From NCBI RefSeq assembly GCF_009914755.1, contig NC_060935.1: a stretch of 64,000 nucleotides of DNA; one strand, given 5' to 3'. Source of the stretch: the human T2T-CHM13v2.0 reference genome, Homo sapiens. The notes beneath the pieces were generated by a model, which saw only the letters and a list, made by a program, of their open reading frames with translations, made no database searches and was not told where the DNA came from. Positions 18,463 to 32,340 of this stretch are shown piece after piece (the stretch's first letter is position 1; every line of letters begins with the position of its first letter). The translations under genes were made by a program, and so were the position numbers.

Positions 18463-19270
18463 TGAAATGGGAAAGCTTCCCTTGAGCCCCTTGCAGGGCG
18501 TGCGATGCGGGTGTGACTTGCTTCTTCAGTGCCTCGCTTCTTTAACCTCTAGAGCAGGTTGTGGGGCTCCGGGCCCACAGCAGCGTCTAGGGGTGGATGA
18601 TTACAGCTCCTGAAGCCCCAGCAGGCATGTGCTACTGTGTGCTTTTAGTTTTGCCGTCTATAGGCAGCTTGTGTTAACCAGCTCAATTAGACCCTCTACC
18701 TTGTTGCGAGGACAGAGGACTTTCTGTATCCCGGGTTCTTGCCTTGGTGTTCTGAAGAATCGGATCACACCTGAGCTCAGAGAATGAGTGCAAGGTTTTA
18801 TGGAGTGGAGGTAGCTCTCAGCAGATGGGGGAGCCAGAAGGGACGGAGTGGGAAGGTTTTCCCCTGGAGTTGACCGCTCAGTGGCCTGGGCTCTTTTCCG
18901 ACTGCCCCAGCCAAACTCCACCAGGTTCCCCCGGTTGATGGCCTGCCGGCCTGCTGGCTTTGTGGGTGTGCTCCTTCTGCCGGCATGCTCCAACGTCCTC
19001 TTGACACCCAGCTGCTCGTGTCTTCTTCTGCTGATGTGTTCTCCTCAACATCCAGCCACTTGTGTCTCTGCCTGCTAGGGTTTCGGGGTTTTTATAGGCA
19101 CAGTATGGGGGGCGTAGCAGGCCAGGGTGGTCTTGGGAAATGCAACATTTGGGTGTGAAGTCAGGAGTGCCTATCCTCACCTAGGTCTATAGGCACAGGC
19201 CCGGGGGTGGAGCCCTAGCCAGGGGCCACTCCCACCTCTACCCGGCACTTCCCCGCCCACTTTCATATCA
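18463..19270 (-). mobile_element. ERV1 solo LTR (LTR1 family), full length with 4-bp TSD
   Basis: TG...CA termini (TGAAATGGG at 18463, ATATCA at 19270) flanked by CTGG on both sides. Minus-strand CCTATAAAAA box near 19090; LTR1-like body. Confidence 0.8.
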
Positions 19271-19384
19271 CTGGGGCCTGAGGCGATCAGGCTGATCTGC
19301 TAGCGCTACTCATCCCTGCCTTCATCTAGGAACCGGGCAGGCATGGTGGAGCCCCAACACACTGCAGCATGAGGCCACTGCACT

Positions 19385-19600
19385 CAGAAAGGCTTGTGTC
19401 ACATCCTAGCTCTTCTACCCTTCACCCATGTGACCTTGGCCCGGTGATTTCACCTTTTGAGACTTAGTCTTCTCATCTATAAAATGGGGATAATAATACC
19501 TGCCTCACAAGGCTATAGCAAGGATTAATGAGATCATACACCGTGAAGTTTGGCTCTGGACCTGGGATACAGTTAACACTTGATAAAGATTGTCATTGTT
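19385..19600 (+). mobile_element. MIR
   Basis: TGTGACCTTGG...TCTCATCTATAAAATGGGGATAATAATACC...GGATTAATGAGA. Confidence 0.75.
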
Positions 19601-19751
19601 GTCACTGTATCACCACTCCTCTGTGCCAGGCAGCTCTCATGCTGGATACCAGGGACCCTGCGATACACCAGAGCCATTCAGGAACTCCTTAAGGAACTCA
19701 GAATCTGATGAGGAGATGTGCCACAAAGACAATTTAAACAAATAATAGATG

Positions 19752-19885
19752 ATGGCTCACACCTGTAATCCCAGCACTTTGGGAGGCCGAGGTCGGAAGC
19801 TCTCCTGAGGCCAGGGGTTCAAGACCAGACTGGTCAAGGTAGCAAGACCCCATCTCTATAAAAAAATAAAATAATAATAATAATT
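19752..19885 (+). mobile_element. Alu left monomer / FLAM
   Basis: GGCTCACACCTGTAATCCCAGCACTTTGGGAGG... ending in an A/TAA tail. Confidence 0.85.
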
Positions 19886-20816
19886 GTTTTAATGGGGGAG
19901 TGAACAAGGTAGGGTGGGAACACCGGGAGGAGGGGATTGCCACAGAGCAGTCAGGGAGGTTGTCCTGGAGGAGGCAGAGCTTGCGTGGGGGCTCACAGAG
20001 GATCACCTTTTGCCAGGTGAAGCTGGGGGCTAGTGGAATGAAGCCTGTTGCAACTCCCTAAGTCTAGGATTCTCTAGTTGTGCACTTGAGGTGAAGATGA
20101 GGCTCTTCCTGTTGGCTGGAGTCTCAACAGAGGCTCTAGAAGCTGAGGGGCCCAAGCACCTCACATCCTCCATGGGGAGTTAGACCATCTTGCAGCACAA
20201 GCAGAGGGTGCCCTCCCAGGCCTGCCCCACCAAGCCCACCCAACACCCACCCATGTTAAAGCCTTTTTTTGGAGAAAATTGTTATTTTGCTCTGAGCTTC
20301 CCTCCCTTCTTTAAACCAAGTGCGGAGGGCTTCAAGACGTTGGGGGACATGGGAACCTGAATTGTCCTCACATATCACAGAGTCTAAAGGCAGTGTGTGG
20401 TGGTGGAATGGGGAGAGCCAGGGCCACCCTGGGAATGGCTCATGCTGCCAGGCTAGACAAAGGATATCTGATTTTTCCAGTGGACCGGATGAGGGCCTGT
20501 GGAGGGAGCTGGAGGCGGGTGGGGTGAGGACCTCCCAACAGAGGGTACTGCTGGAACTGATGTCTGAGGGGAGAGGTTGCAAACCAGAGGGGGCATTGTT
20601 CCTTTGGGTGGGGGTGGCAGGGGTGGGGGGGATCTAGATGAGAGGTCCCCAGGGGAGGAGGTTCACTGAAAAACCTCCTGGAGAATCCTGTGAGTTAGAG
20701 TAGAATTTGGACATCTACCATGTCTCAGAGGGTCCCCAGGCCAGGTTACAACTGTATCAGGCAAGGAGGGCCTGATCTGCTCTCTCTCCCACTCTATAGA
20801 CAGATGGTCACGGAGA

Positions 20817-21068
20817 TGCTGGGTGAGGTGGCTCACACCTGTAATCCCAGCATTTTGGGAGGCCAAGGCGGGTGGATCACCTGAGGTCAGGAGTTCGAGA
20901 CCAGCCTGGTCAACATGGTGAAAACCTGTCTCTACTAAAAATACAAAAAATTAGCTGGGTGTGGTGGTGGGCACCTGTAATCCCAGCTTCTCAGGAGGCT
21001 GAGGCAGGAGAATCACTTGAACCCAGGAGTCGGAGGCTGCAGTGAGCTGAGATCGCGCCACTGCACTG
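20817..21068 (+). mobile_element. Alu (AluS), 3'-truncated with no A tail
   Basis: Alu body ends at CCACTGCACT. Confidence 0.9.
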
Positions 21069-21845
21069 AGGGAGACCAGAGGCAGTCGCTGCCCTCTCTG
21101 AGTCTCTAGTTTCTGAGGCAAGCCCACCCCCAGAGAAGAGTCTTATTCTACATTGGATGAGATTTTGCAGTTTTAATATTACTTTTTGGTTTTATTACTT
21201 TGAACTATACTTTAAAAAAATTAATGATGGACAATTTCAAACATACCCAAAATTAGAGAGATGAGTCTAATGACCCCATCACGTACCCATCATTCAGCCT
21301 CAGCAATAGTGGGTCATACCAATCCTGTTTCCTCTGTGCCCCAACCTACTTCTCCCAGTGTAATTTGGAATCAAATCTTCGAGAAAGAAAAGAATGACTT
21401 CCTCCTTGCTTCTGAAAAATTAAAAATAAGAAGAGCCACTGCCCTCCACTGTTTGATTAGAACACTAAGGTTAGGGCATAAACCCGAGATTAAAGCTGGC
21501 AGGATCCATGGAACCATCCCAAGGACGGTGGGGTTGGTATATGTGTCCTTCACCATCCAGCTCCCACCACTCTGAACAGTGCTCGGCACATAGTAAGTGC
21601 TCAACAGATCATTCTGGTGCTTCTCCTCCACTTGCTCCTCTGTAGCCTTCCCAGGCAGCGGCTTTTCCTCTGTCAGGCATGAGCTGGGGCGGATACTCAG
21701 CTCTTCATCCGAGGCTGCAGGCTGGTTCTGCCCACAGCAATCCCATCCCAGGCTTGGCCAAGAGGAGAATTACTTTGCAGAATACAAGACATAATGAGGA
21801 AAAGCATCTACTTCAGTGCTCTGTAATGGTAGCCACTGGTTATCA

Positions 21846-22235
<390 letters not shown>

Positions 22236-22484
22236 TCACCGTCCTGTGTGGAAGGTGGCATAGAAGGGGTGAGAACAGAGGCAGCAAGATAGTGAGGAGA
22301 CAGGAGCCACAATCGGAGAAGGATGAAGGTTTGACCCACCTGGGAAGGGAACCCCCAGCACGTGGCAGAGGGAGGAGCTGAGAATCCTTAGAGGCACATC
22401 TCTAAGGTGCCAGAGGTCCCACTCCGCCTGCCTTTGAGCTCCGGATCCTGAATGCCCCCAGGGAGGCTTTGTAAAGATCCTTCC

Positions 22485-22606
22485 TAGGACTGGCTACATT
22501 TTGCAGGACCCATTGCCAAATGAAAATGCAGGGCTCCTAGTAAAAAAGATTACTAAGAATTTCAAGATGGCGACAGCAGAGTACTGAAATAAGAACAGGG
22601 TTCTTT
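22485..22606 (+). mobile_element. MER45-like hAT fragment
   Basis: GGCTACATTTTGCAGGACCCATTGCCAAATGAAAATGCAGGG...AAGAATTTCAAGATGGCGACAGCAGAG. Confidence 0.65.
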
Positions 22607-22609
22607 GCA

Positions 22610-22791
22610 CAGGGCTGCTGATACAGAAAGAGAACATAGGACATCCAGTTAAAGTTGAATTTCACATAAACAATGAATTTTTTATTTTTATTTTTTAGTT
22701 TGTCTGTCTTGTGCAATACTTGCAATAACATGTTTCTGTTGATCTGAAATTCAAATTTAACTGGGAATCCTGTATTGTACCTGGCAACTCC
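22610..22791. mobile_element. MER53-like palindromic MITE
   Basis: Inverted arms AGGACATCCAGTTAAAGTTGAATTTCACATAAACA and TGTTGATCTGAAATTCAAATTTAACTGGGAATCCT. Confidence 0.75.
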
Positions 22792-22864
22792 ACCAGGTGG
22801 GTCCTGTTTCCTCCCTTAACTGGAGCTCCTGGGAGTGGTTCAGGCTTAGGGTTCTTCCAGGATA

Positions 22865-23047
22865 ATGGTTTTCAAACTTCAGCCTGCATCAGAAACATCT
22901 GGAGGGCTTGGTAAAATCCAGATTGCTTCCCCCCAGCCAGAGTTTCTGATTCATGCCTAGAGTACAGCCCAAGAATTTTCATTTCTGACAGGTACCAAGG
23001 TGATGCTGATACAATTGGTCCTGGGACCACACTCTGAGAACCACTGC
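22865..23047. mobile_element. MER5A-like hAT MITE
   Basis: TGGTTTTCAAACTT...CATCAGAA.CATCTGGAGGGCTTG...GGGACCACACTCTGAGAACCACTG. Confidence 0.85.
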
Positions 23048-24656
23048 TGGGGTACATCACCCTAAGAAGCCCCTCAAAGAGATAGAAAATCGTAGTGACC
23101 CAAAACGGACACCAGAGGACAGAAGCGCCCACTGGTCAGGCTATAGGACCTGCCCACTGGCCTGGGGCTGGGCTTACACCTTTGCTGAACATTTGTTCTG
23201 TGCCTGACCACGTCCAGGGCCCTGGAGCAGACAAAGAAAGACGTGGGTCAGCATTAGTCTCTGCCCTGAGGGGCTCAGGGTGTGGAAAGGGAGACAGATG
23301 TACGAAGTGAGAATTACAATTGGTGCTGAGATGGGGGAAGCACAGGCTGTGGGAGCCCAGGGGAGGCTGGGGGTGGTCAGGGCCCGCTTCCTGTAGGAGC
23401 CTGAACAGAGGGTAGGAGCCATCCATACCGGGAGAAGGGGAGGAGGGGCTTTCTGGGCATAAGAATACACAAGTACAAGGGCGCACACTGGACAGTGCCA
23501 GGGACTGCTTGAGGAGGAGTGCAGAGGTAGAGGACAGAATCGGTGGGCGGGTAGCCTGGTGAGGCTGGGGCTTGGCAGATCCTGAGGGTCTCAGGGAGCC
23601 CCAGGAGGGTTTTAACTAGATGGTGTGTTAGAATGAAGAGTGTCTGGGAAGAGATACCAGAGGCAGGGAGGCCTAGTGAGCAGGAGGGTGCAGTGGTCAA
23701 GGGAGGAGGTGACCAGGGGATGCAAGGGTGGCCCAGTCTCTCTCATCTGTTCCTTCATTCCTCCATTCATTGCACGTGTGTATGGAGCAACTTCTCTGAG
23801 CCAGGCCCTGGGTTGGGTGCTGGCTGCCGGCTGCTGGGACTTGGCATTGATGAAGACAGTTCCTGGCTTATGTGGAGAGCTCACATTTTAACTGAGAAGA
23901 CCACCATCCAACAGCCAACCTCACAGTGAGCCAGCTAGTTACAGTTGTGGTCCCTGAGGGATGGGTACCAGAGATATCAAGGGAGCCACATGGCAGGGTC
24001 TGGGCAGAGTTGGGGTTAGGGTGGGGGTAGGAGGCATCTCTCAAGAGAGACCCTGACCTGGGCATCCTGACCTAGCGAACAGATGCCTCATTCAGCCCTA
24101 CCCTGGTGCCTCCGTGCCGCAGCCCAGAGCTAACAATATGGCCATTGACAGCTCCTGCCACTGCCTGAGGTCTAGCTTTGCTGCCCCCATCCATCCTTAG
24201 CCACACAATCCTGGCCTTCAGTGGGGAAGAAAGAGCAGGATTATACTCAGGTACTAGGGACTGGGCCCACCCCTCCACCAGAGTCAGCCTGGCCCCAGCC
24301 CAGGTGAGTGCCCAGCCAGGCACCTTCCTCAAATGTCCAGTGCTCTTGCTCTAAGCATGTGAAGAGTCCGGCAGCTAGAAGCAGAAGGATGCAGGAGATG
24401 ACCTGAAATGCCAAGGGGATGCCGTAGACTCGCAGGGCTCCTGGACGCACACTGTAGAACATTTGTCCATAGAGATGGGATTGGCCTCACGAATGACATA
24501 GATGCAAATCAAGCTAACTGGAGCATTACTTCTAGAAGGCTGACCTTCTTGCTATTCCTAGAGCATGCCTAGTTCATTCTAACTGTGGGGCCTTTGCCCA
24601 TGCAGCTCCCTCTGCTTGGGATCCCCTCCTCCCACCATAAAGGTCTCCCTCCTCCT

Positions 24657-25134
24657 TTGGTCGGAGGAAGAATGGCTCCCCAAAGACATCCATGTCCGAA
24701 TTCCTGGAACCTGTGAGTGCATTACCTTGCATGGGACAAGGGACTTTGCACATGAGATTAAATTACAGATCTTGAGATAGGGAGACTTTACTGGTGGCCC
24801 AGTGTCATCAGGGAGGTCCATCTCAAGAGGGAGGCAGAGGGGTCAGAGTCAGAGAAACAGATGTGATGAGGGAAGGAGAAAGCAGAGAGAGAGGGAGATT
24901 GGCGCTGCCACACTGCTGGCTTTGAAGGTAGAGGCAGGGGCCACAAGTCAAGGAATGCGGGTGGCTTCTAGAAGCTGGAAAGGGCAAGGAAGCAGATTCA
25001 TCCCCAGAGTCTTTAGAAGGAGTTGCTAGCCCATTTAAGTCTTCTGACCTCAAAACCATAAAAGAATAAATTTATATCATTTGAAGCCACTAAGTGTGTG
25101 GTACTAGATACAGCAGCCACCGGAAATGATTACA
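24657..25134 (+). mobile_element. MaLR LTR (MLT1D-like)
   Basis: AATGGCTCCCCAAAGACATCC...GGAACCTGTGA...AAGGGACTTTGCA...AATAAATTT...GCCACTAAGT...ACAGCAGCC...TACA. Confidence 0.8.
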
Positions 25135-25381
25135 GCTTCTTATTCAGATTTCAGGCTGCCTGGTGTAAAGTAGTCTTACCCACAACACCTGTTTTCATTT
25201 CTTGCTAGCCCTCATTATTACTGGAAATGATCACATTTCTTTCTTAGTTTATTGCGTGTCTCCACTCGCCAGCACACCAGGCTCCTGGAGGGCAAAGATC
25301 TGGTTTTGCCCACTTTTTTATCCCAGTACCTAGAACAGTGCCTAGTAAATTGTGGGTTCTCAATAAATCTTTGCTACGTGA

Positions 25382-25950
25382 GACTGGGAACGGTAGCTCA
25401 CGCCTATAATTCCAGCACTTTGGGAGGCTGAGGCAGGCAGATCACCTGAGGTCAGGAGTTCGAGACCATCCAGGCCAACATGGTGAAACCCTGTCTCTAC
25501 TAAAAATACAAAAATTAGCCGGGCGTGGTGGTGCATACCTGGAATCCCAGCTACTTGGGAGGCTGAGGCAGGAGAATCGCTTGAACCCGGGAGCCAGAGG
25601 TTGCAGTGAGCCAAGATCCCAACCGCTGCACTCCAGAGTGAGACTGTGTCTCAACAACAACAAATCTTTGCTGGGCACGGTGGCTCACGCCTGTAATCCC
25701 AGCACTTTGGGAGGCTGAGGCGGATGGATCACGAGGTCAGGAGTTCAAGACCAGCCTGGCCAAGATGGTGAAACCCCATCTCTACTAAAAATACAAAAAT
25801 TAGCTGGGTGTGGTGGTCAGCGCTTGTAATCCCAGCTACTCGGAAGGCTGAGAATTGCTTGAATCTGGGAGGCAGAGGTTGCAGTGAGCCGAGATCATGC
25901 CACTGCACTCCAGCCTGGGCGACAGAGCGAGACTCTATCTCAAAAAAAAA
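25382..25950 (+). mobile_element. Two tandem Alus (25382-25662 and 25670-25950)
   Basis: Two Alu bodies separated by an AAATCTTTG duplication. Confidence 0.9.
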
Positions 25951-26543
25951 CTTTGTTGCATGAAAGGAAGAATGAAGAAGTAAAGGACTTCCTCTGACTC
26001 TCTCTTATGTGCACTGAGGGCAGGGAAGGGGGGTGCCTTGGCTGGTGGAGGGAGGCCTCAGAACCATGAGAATGGAGTGAGGCCTGGAGGGCTGCAGAGA
26101 TCTGTGGGAACTGCAGAATTTGGGCACATGCTGTCCAGTTTACAGGCCACTTCCAACCCAGGGTCTTTTTGTTGTTGTTGTTCCTCGGAACTACCTGGAA
26201 GAGGAAGACAGGCTTGAAAGGAACCATGGCTCTCACTTTGCAGGTGGGCATCTAGGTTCTGGATGGTGGTTTGAGGGTTAGGGAGACACTGCCTCTCCAG
26301 CAAGGGTCAGTGGGACCTGAGAGGGGCCTGAAGGCCCTGCCTGCTCCCCAGAGCCTTCCCGGCACCTCACGTGCCAGTTCTCCTTGGCACTTGGGCTGCC
26401 AGCCTTTGCCCCTGCTCTTCCCCCTGCCAGGGTGTCTTTCCTCTCCTTGCCTTCTTCCAGGGCTGGGACTAGGGTAAGACAAGTGCAAACTAAAAGGAGC
26501 ACCAGAAATCTCAGTAATCAGGATTAATCATATTTTCATGTAA

Positions 26544-26847
<304 letters not shown>

Positions 26848-27008
26848 TCTTGTAATATTTTTTAAAAATCAAAACAAATGCAAAAAATCCATGATGAACA
26901 AAATATCACATTTTAAATAAGGACTTTTTTATTTTTCCTTTTGTCTCAGGCTCCAATATGGCTTGACACAGTCCATGCTACTAATCCTGTCTGAGACTGG
27001 CAATGTAA

Positions 27009-27976
<968 letters not shown>

Positions 27977-30900
27977 TCAAATCACTTGGGAGGGTCTGTG
28001 AGACTGCACAGGCTGTACACCCATGAGGTTGGCCCTGATCCTGTTTTTATTTAAAATTGTGATATTTTGTTACTCATAGAATTTTTGCATTGATTTAGAT
28101 TTTTTGAAATATTGCATGAAACATGATTTACTTTGATGACTGAGGTTTTCGGTGCTCTCATTAATTGTGCCCCCAAGGCAAGTGCCTCACTTGCCTCACC
28201 CTATTCCCAGTCTTCTCTGCTTGGTGTGCACTTCTCAACCTTAGGTAGCCTCCTCCAAGAAGTCTTCCCTGACCCCTGATCCCACACTGGATTGGTACTT
28301 CTGGGCTCCTTCTGGCTGGGCTACAGTCCCAGAGCTCCTCTGCTTCCTCCCCTCCGTCCCATTCCTGAGCACCTGGTGTGAGTCCCATTGTTTAAGGGAG
28401 TAGATTTGGTTTGCTTCTGTGTTCCAGAAGAGGGCCTGGCTCGGAACAGTTGCTCAGGAAAAGTGGGTTTTGAGAGAAAATGAGTGGTCTGCCAGTGCTT
28501 GGAATTTTATGTCAACACGATGTCTTTGGGTCAAGCCCTTCTGTCTCCAGAAGTTCCTTGGTAAAACCTCTATGGGGTAATCCTTGGGCAAGACTCTATC
28601 TCTGAAAATGCCCAGTGGTGGCAGAGCCAGCTCTGTGGGCACTAGACCTCCTCATCCCCCGCCCCACCACCCATGGGCACCATGGCAGAGCCAGCCTCAC
28701 CTTAGGTGGCAGGGCAGAAACCTGGCATGGGTGTGGGGCTGGGCCAGTCCTGTGGACCTGTGATGCTGGCCTGTTGTTGACCCGCTTGCTCCTGCACAAA
28801 CCGTGCCAAGCTCCATCTTCAGGCCAAGCCCTGTAGTTCCTCACCTCAGGGACTCACAGCCTTGCTCCAATAACCTGGGTCCCTGCCTTGTTCGGGGGAC
28901 CAGACTTGGTGTCTAGATTTGTGTCCGGGACAGAACCTTTCTAGTACTCAGCACCACCATCGTTAGTCTTCTAGGTACCCTGTGTCAGGGAGCTGGAGGA
29001 AGATGCCTATGAATTCCTGAGCCTCAGCATATGCTCTGATCAGTCCTTTACCCCAACTATGTCCCAGGACTCCCTCAAGCCTGGCCAGTGTTTATCCAGC
29101 TCTCCCTTCTTCATTGTTCTAACAATTTAAAGCCTCTGCCTGGGGCCTGGGCAGGGTTAACAAAGTAATCAACTTTAGGCAGTGCCCAAAATGTGAGTGG
29201 CTCCCAGAGTCCTTGGCGACACTGACGCCAGCACAAACCTTCTGACACCCTTGCAGGTATGGCCCAGTGGCTGCTGTGGACAGAATCCCAGGCCCCAAGC
29301 AAGGAGAGCTAGCTTCAAACCCAGCTCTATAATCTCTGCTTGTTTGGGGCTCAGTTTCATCATCTGCAAAATGGGGAGAAAATGCCTACCTCATAGCAGG
29401 GTGATGGGAATTAATGGAAAATGCAGGAGCTCCTGGCACACCACAGGCACTGGGAAATGCTAGCTCCCTTTCTCCTGTGCTTGCTTTTGGTGTGAAGACC
29501 AGTCAGCTGTGCTCCCTGGGGACTCCCTTCCCGCTCCAGCTCCCAGCCTCTGAGTTCTTTTTCACAACTCTCTGTGCCAACTCAAGAGATGGGGAAACTG
29601 AGGCTCAGAGGGATCAGGGACTTGCTGAAAGTCAGGTGTAGAGTCAGAGGCTGAGCACAGGCTGGAATCTAGGAGCTGGGGCTCGGCCAGAGGTCTGGGC
29701 TTGGCAGGTGGCCAGCTCCTCCCCTCCCGTGTTTCCCCATCTGGCCCTGGGAATGCTGAGCCTGTGAAGCACAGCTGTATATATAGCATCAGCTATGGGC
29801 TCCTCCCCCATCACACACACATGGGCACACAGACACACACAGACCCAGCCAACAGCGCTGGGTGCTTCCATGAAAGGCGTGTTTCCCTCCTGAGTCAGAG
29901 CAGACCCCGAACAGACAGCCTTTGGGCCTGGCTGGGCTGCAGTCCCAGAGCTCTAGGCGGCCCTGAGAGCCAGCCCCCTCCCTGCTGGAACCTCTGGGCA
30001 GCAGCCAGCACAGCTGCATCCCCTCAGCAAGGCCTGCAACGATAGGCCCACGTTGCATCAGCTCGGCCTGTCTCTGGGCCTGCTCCGGCCCCAACAGCCA
30101 ATGGGGCCCGGCCGAGTGTACAGACCCCAGCACTGGTCCAGCCCACCCCACCACCATCACCGTGCGGCCGCCTGGTCCTCCTTCGCTCTGGGCTAGGAGG
30201 AGGGCACCGCTGCTCCATCGCCTGTGGCATGGCCCTCTCTCTGTGCCCCTGCCCCCACCAGTGGCTCTGCCAGCTCAGCCTTGGTTTCCCTTCCGGGAGG
30301 TAGCAGGGTCACCCCTTGGCCTGGCGTGGGCCCATTTCTCCACAGCCTCTGTTCTCCTCAGGCTCTGTGCTTGCTCTGATCCGCATCTTTCACCTGTGGC
30401 ATCTTTCAGTTACTCTCCTATAACCATGATTCACAAATTGTCATCTTTGGACAGGCCTTCTCTCCTGACAGAATTACGGACATTACAGCCTCCTGATGTC
30501 TCCAGTCTATGGAGCCCACCAGCTTCCCCCAGAGCTCACTGCCTTCCCCCAGAGTCTCCATTGCAGGAAAGGGACCATTTGCCACTTGTTCACCAGGCCA
30601 GACACCAGAGAGTCCTCCTTCCCCCTTCTCCCAGGCCCTCCGTGCCCAACCCACCGCCACTGGGCCCTCTCCAGCCCGAGGCCCCTGCCTGGTCTGGGCA
30701 CCAGCATCTCTCTCCAGGTTACCGAGCCATTCTCTCCTCTGGCCTCCCTCTCTCGCTCTCCATGCAGCAGGCAGAGAATGCAAAAACGCAGGGTGACCTG
30801 TCACCAACTTCCACAGCTTTAGTCACACGTACCCCCCTCCCATGGTGGCCTCTGTGGGGTCTCGTGCCTACCCTCCCCTGGCTGCGTCCCATGAAATCTT

Positions 30901-31139
30901 GCCAGGATTTGGCTCTTTAGCCTGAGGCCTAAAGCCAGCAGGTCTGGGCTGGTGGGAAATGCCAGACCTGGCCAGAGGAGCCACAGCCCCAGCCTCCCAC
31001 CTTCCCCAGGGTTGCAGCGCAGTATCTCTGAGCCCCAGGCTCAGCACCACCACTTCCCCAGCCACCCTCGGACAAGCCCCCTTCAGGCTGGAGCTTGATA
31101 CCCTTCTGGGTGTTTCTTTTCTATTCACTTGGTTGATTT

Positions 31140-32340
31140 TTTTTTTTTTTTGGCTGACTATAAAAGTAATATATGCTATTGAAAACAATTCAGAAAAGCA
31201 GAGAAAAGAAAATAAAGATATATATATTCTATCTCCAAAGATAAACACTATTAAACGATGTAAGAGTATTTCTTTCTAGCCTTTCTCTATGAATATTTTA
31301 TATACCTATGTATTTTGTATTAATACATATACTATACATTCATTCAATAAAAAACCCATGCTGGGCGCAGTGGCTCACACCTGTCATCCCAGCAGTTTGG
31401 GAGGCCAAGGCGGGAGGATCGCTTGAGCCTTTGGAGTCCAAGACCAGCCTGGGCAACATGGGGAGACCCTGTCTCTACAAAATTAAAACATTAGCCACGG
31501 TTGGTGGCGTACACCTGTGGTCCCAGCTACTTGGGAGGATGGCTTGAGCCCATGACATCTAGGCTGCAGTGAGCCATGTTTGCACCACTGCACTCCAGCC
31601 TGGGCGACAGAGTGAGATTCTGTTTCTAAATAAATAAAAAATAAATAACCCCAAATCTTTTAATAGCAGAAACTTTTAAAAAATTAAGTGAAAATCACCC
31701 CAAAACCAGCATTAACTTTTTGGTGAAATGTGAACATTCTTCCAGATATCTGCAGCTCTCCCGTGGAATTTTCATCAACAGGCTGTTTCATAAACGGCTT
31801 TATTTTTTATCCAACAATCCACCAAGCGATCTTTCTGTGCCTGGGGATTACAACAAGCTTTCCCCTTTTTGACATCTGCAAATACTTCATCCCTTATTGA
31901 CCTTCTCTCCAATTTTTTGTTATTACAGACAAGGCTCTGAAGAACATCCTTCTGCATATATCTATGCTCATATTTTTAAACATCATTTCCTTAAGTGAAA
32001 TTTCTAAAAATTGATTTTTTTCCAAAAGAACATGAATAATTTCAAATTGTGAAAATGTGTAAATAGGTAATGTACGCTCTGCACGCTGCTCTTCCACTCT
32101 AACACCAAATTCAGTATCAGGACATAAGAACTTCCTGGCTTTTTGTTTTTTTCCAGCTTCATGGTATTCTCAACCCCTATGGCTGGACAATTAGGTTGTT
32201 TCTGATTTTTGCTATTATAAATAGTGTTGCAGGGAATTATTCAATAACATATTTTTATTTAAAAGTGCCAACCACCTTCTAGAAAGCGTGTGCCAATTTT
32301 TCCTCCTGCCAGGAGTGTGTACAAATACTTTTACCTGTTT
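31140..32340 (-). mobile_element. Old L1 (L1M/L1ME) fragments with an inserted Alu (31359-31647, +)
   Basis: AT-rich L1ME-like 3'UTR sequence (e.g. GGACAATTAGGTTGTTTCTGATTTTTGCTATTATAAATAGTG) plus an Alu body. Confidence 0.65.

Noticed and set aside
30162-30920. 252-aa ORF
   Set aside because: GTG start, low-complexity Pro/Ser/Leu composition, looks like degraded L2-type sequence, no recognisable domain or exon structure.
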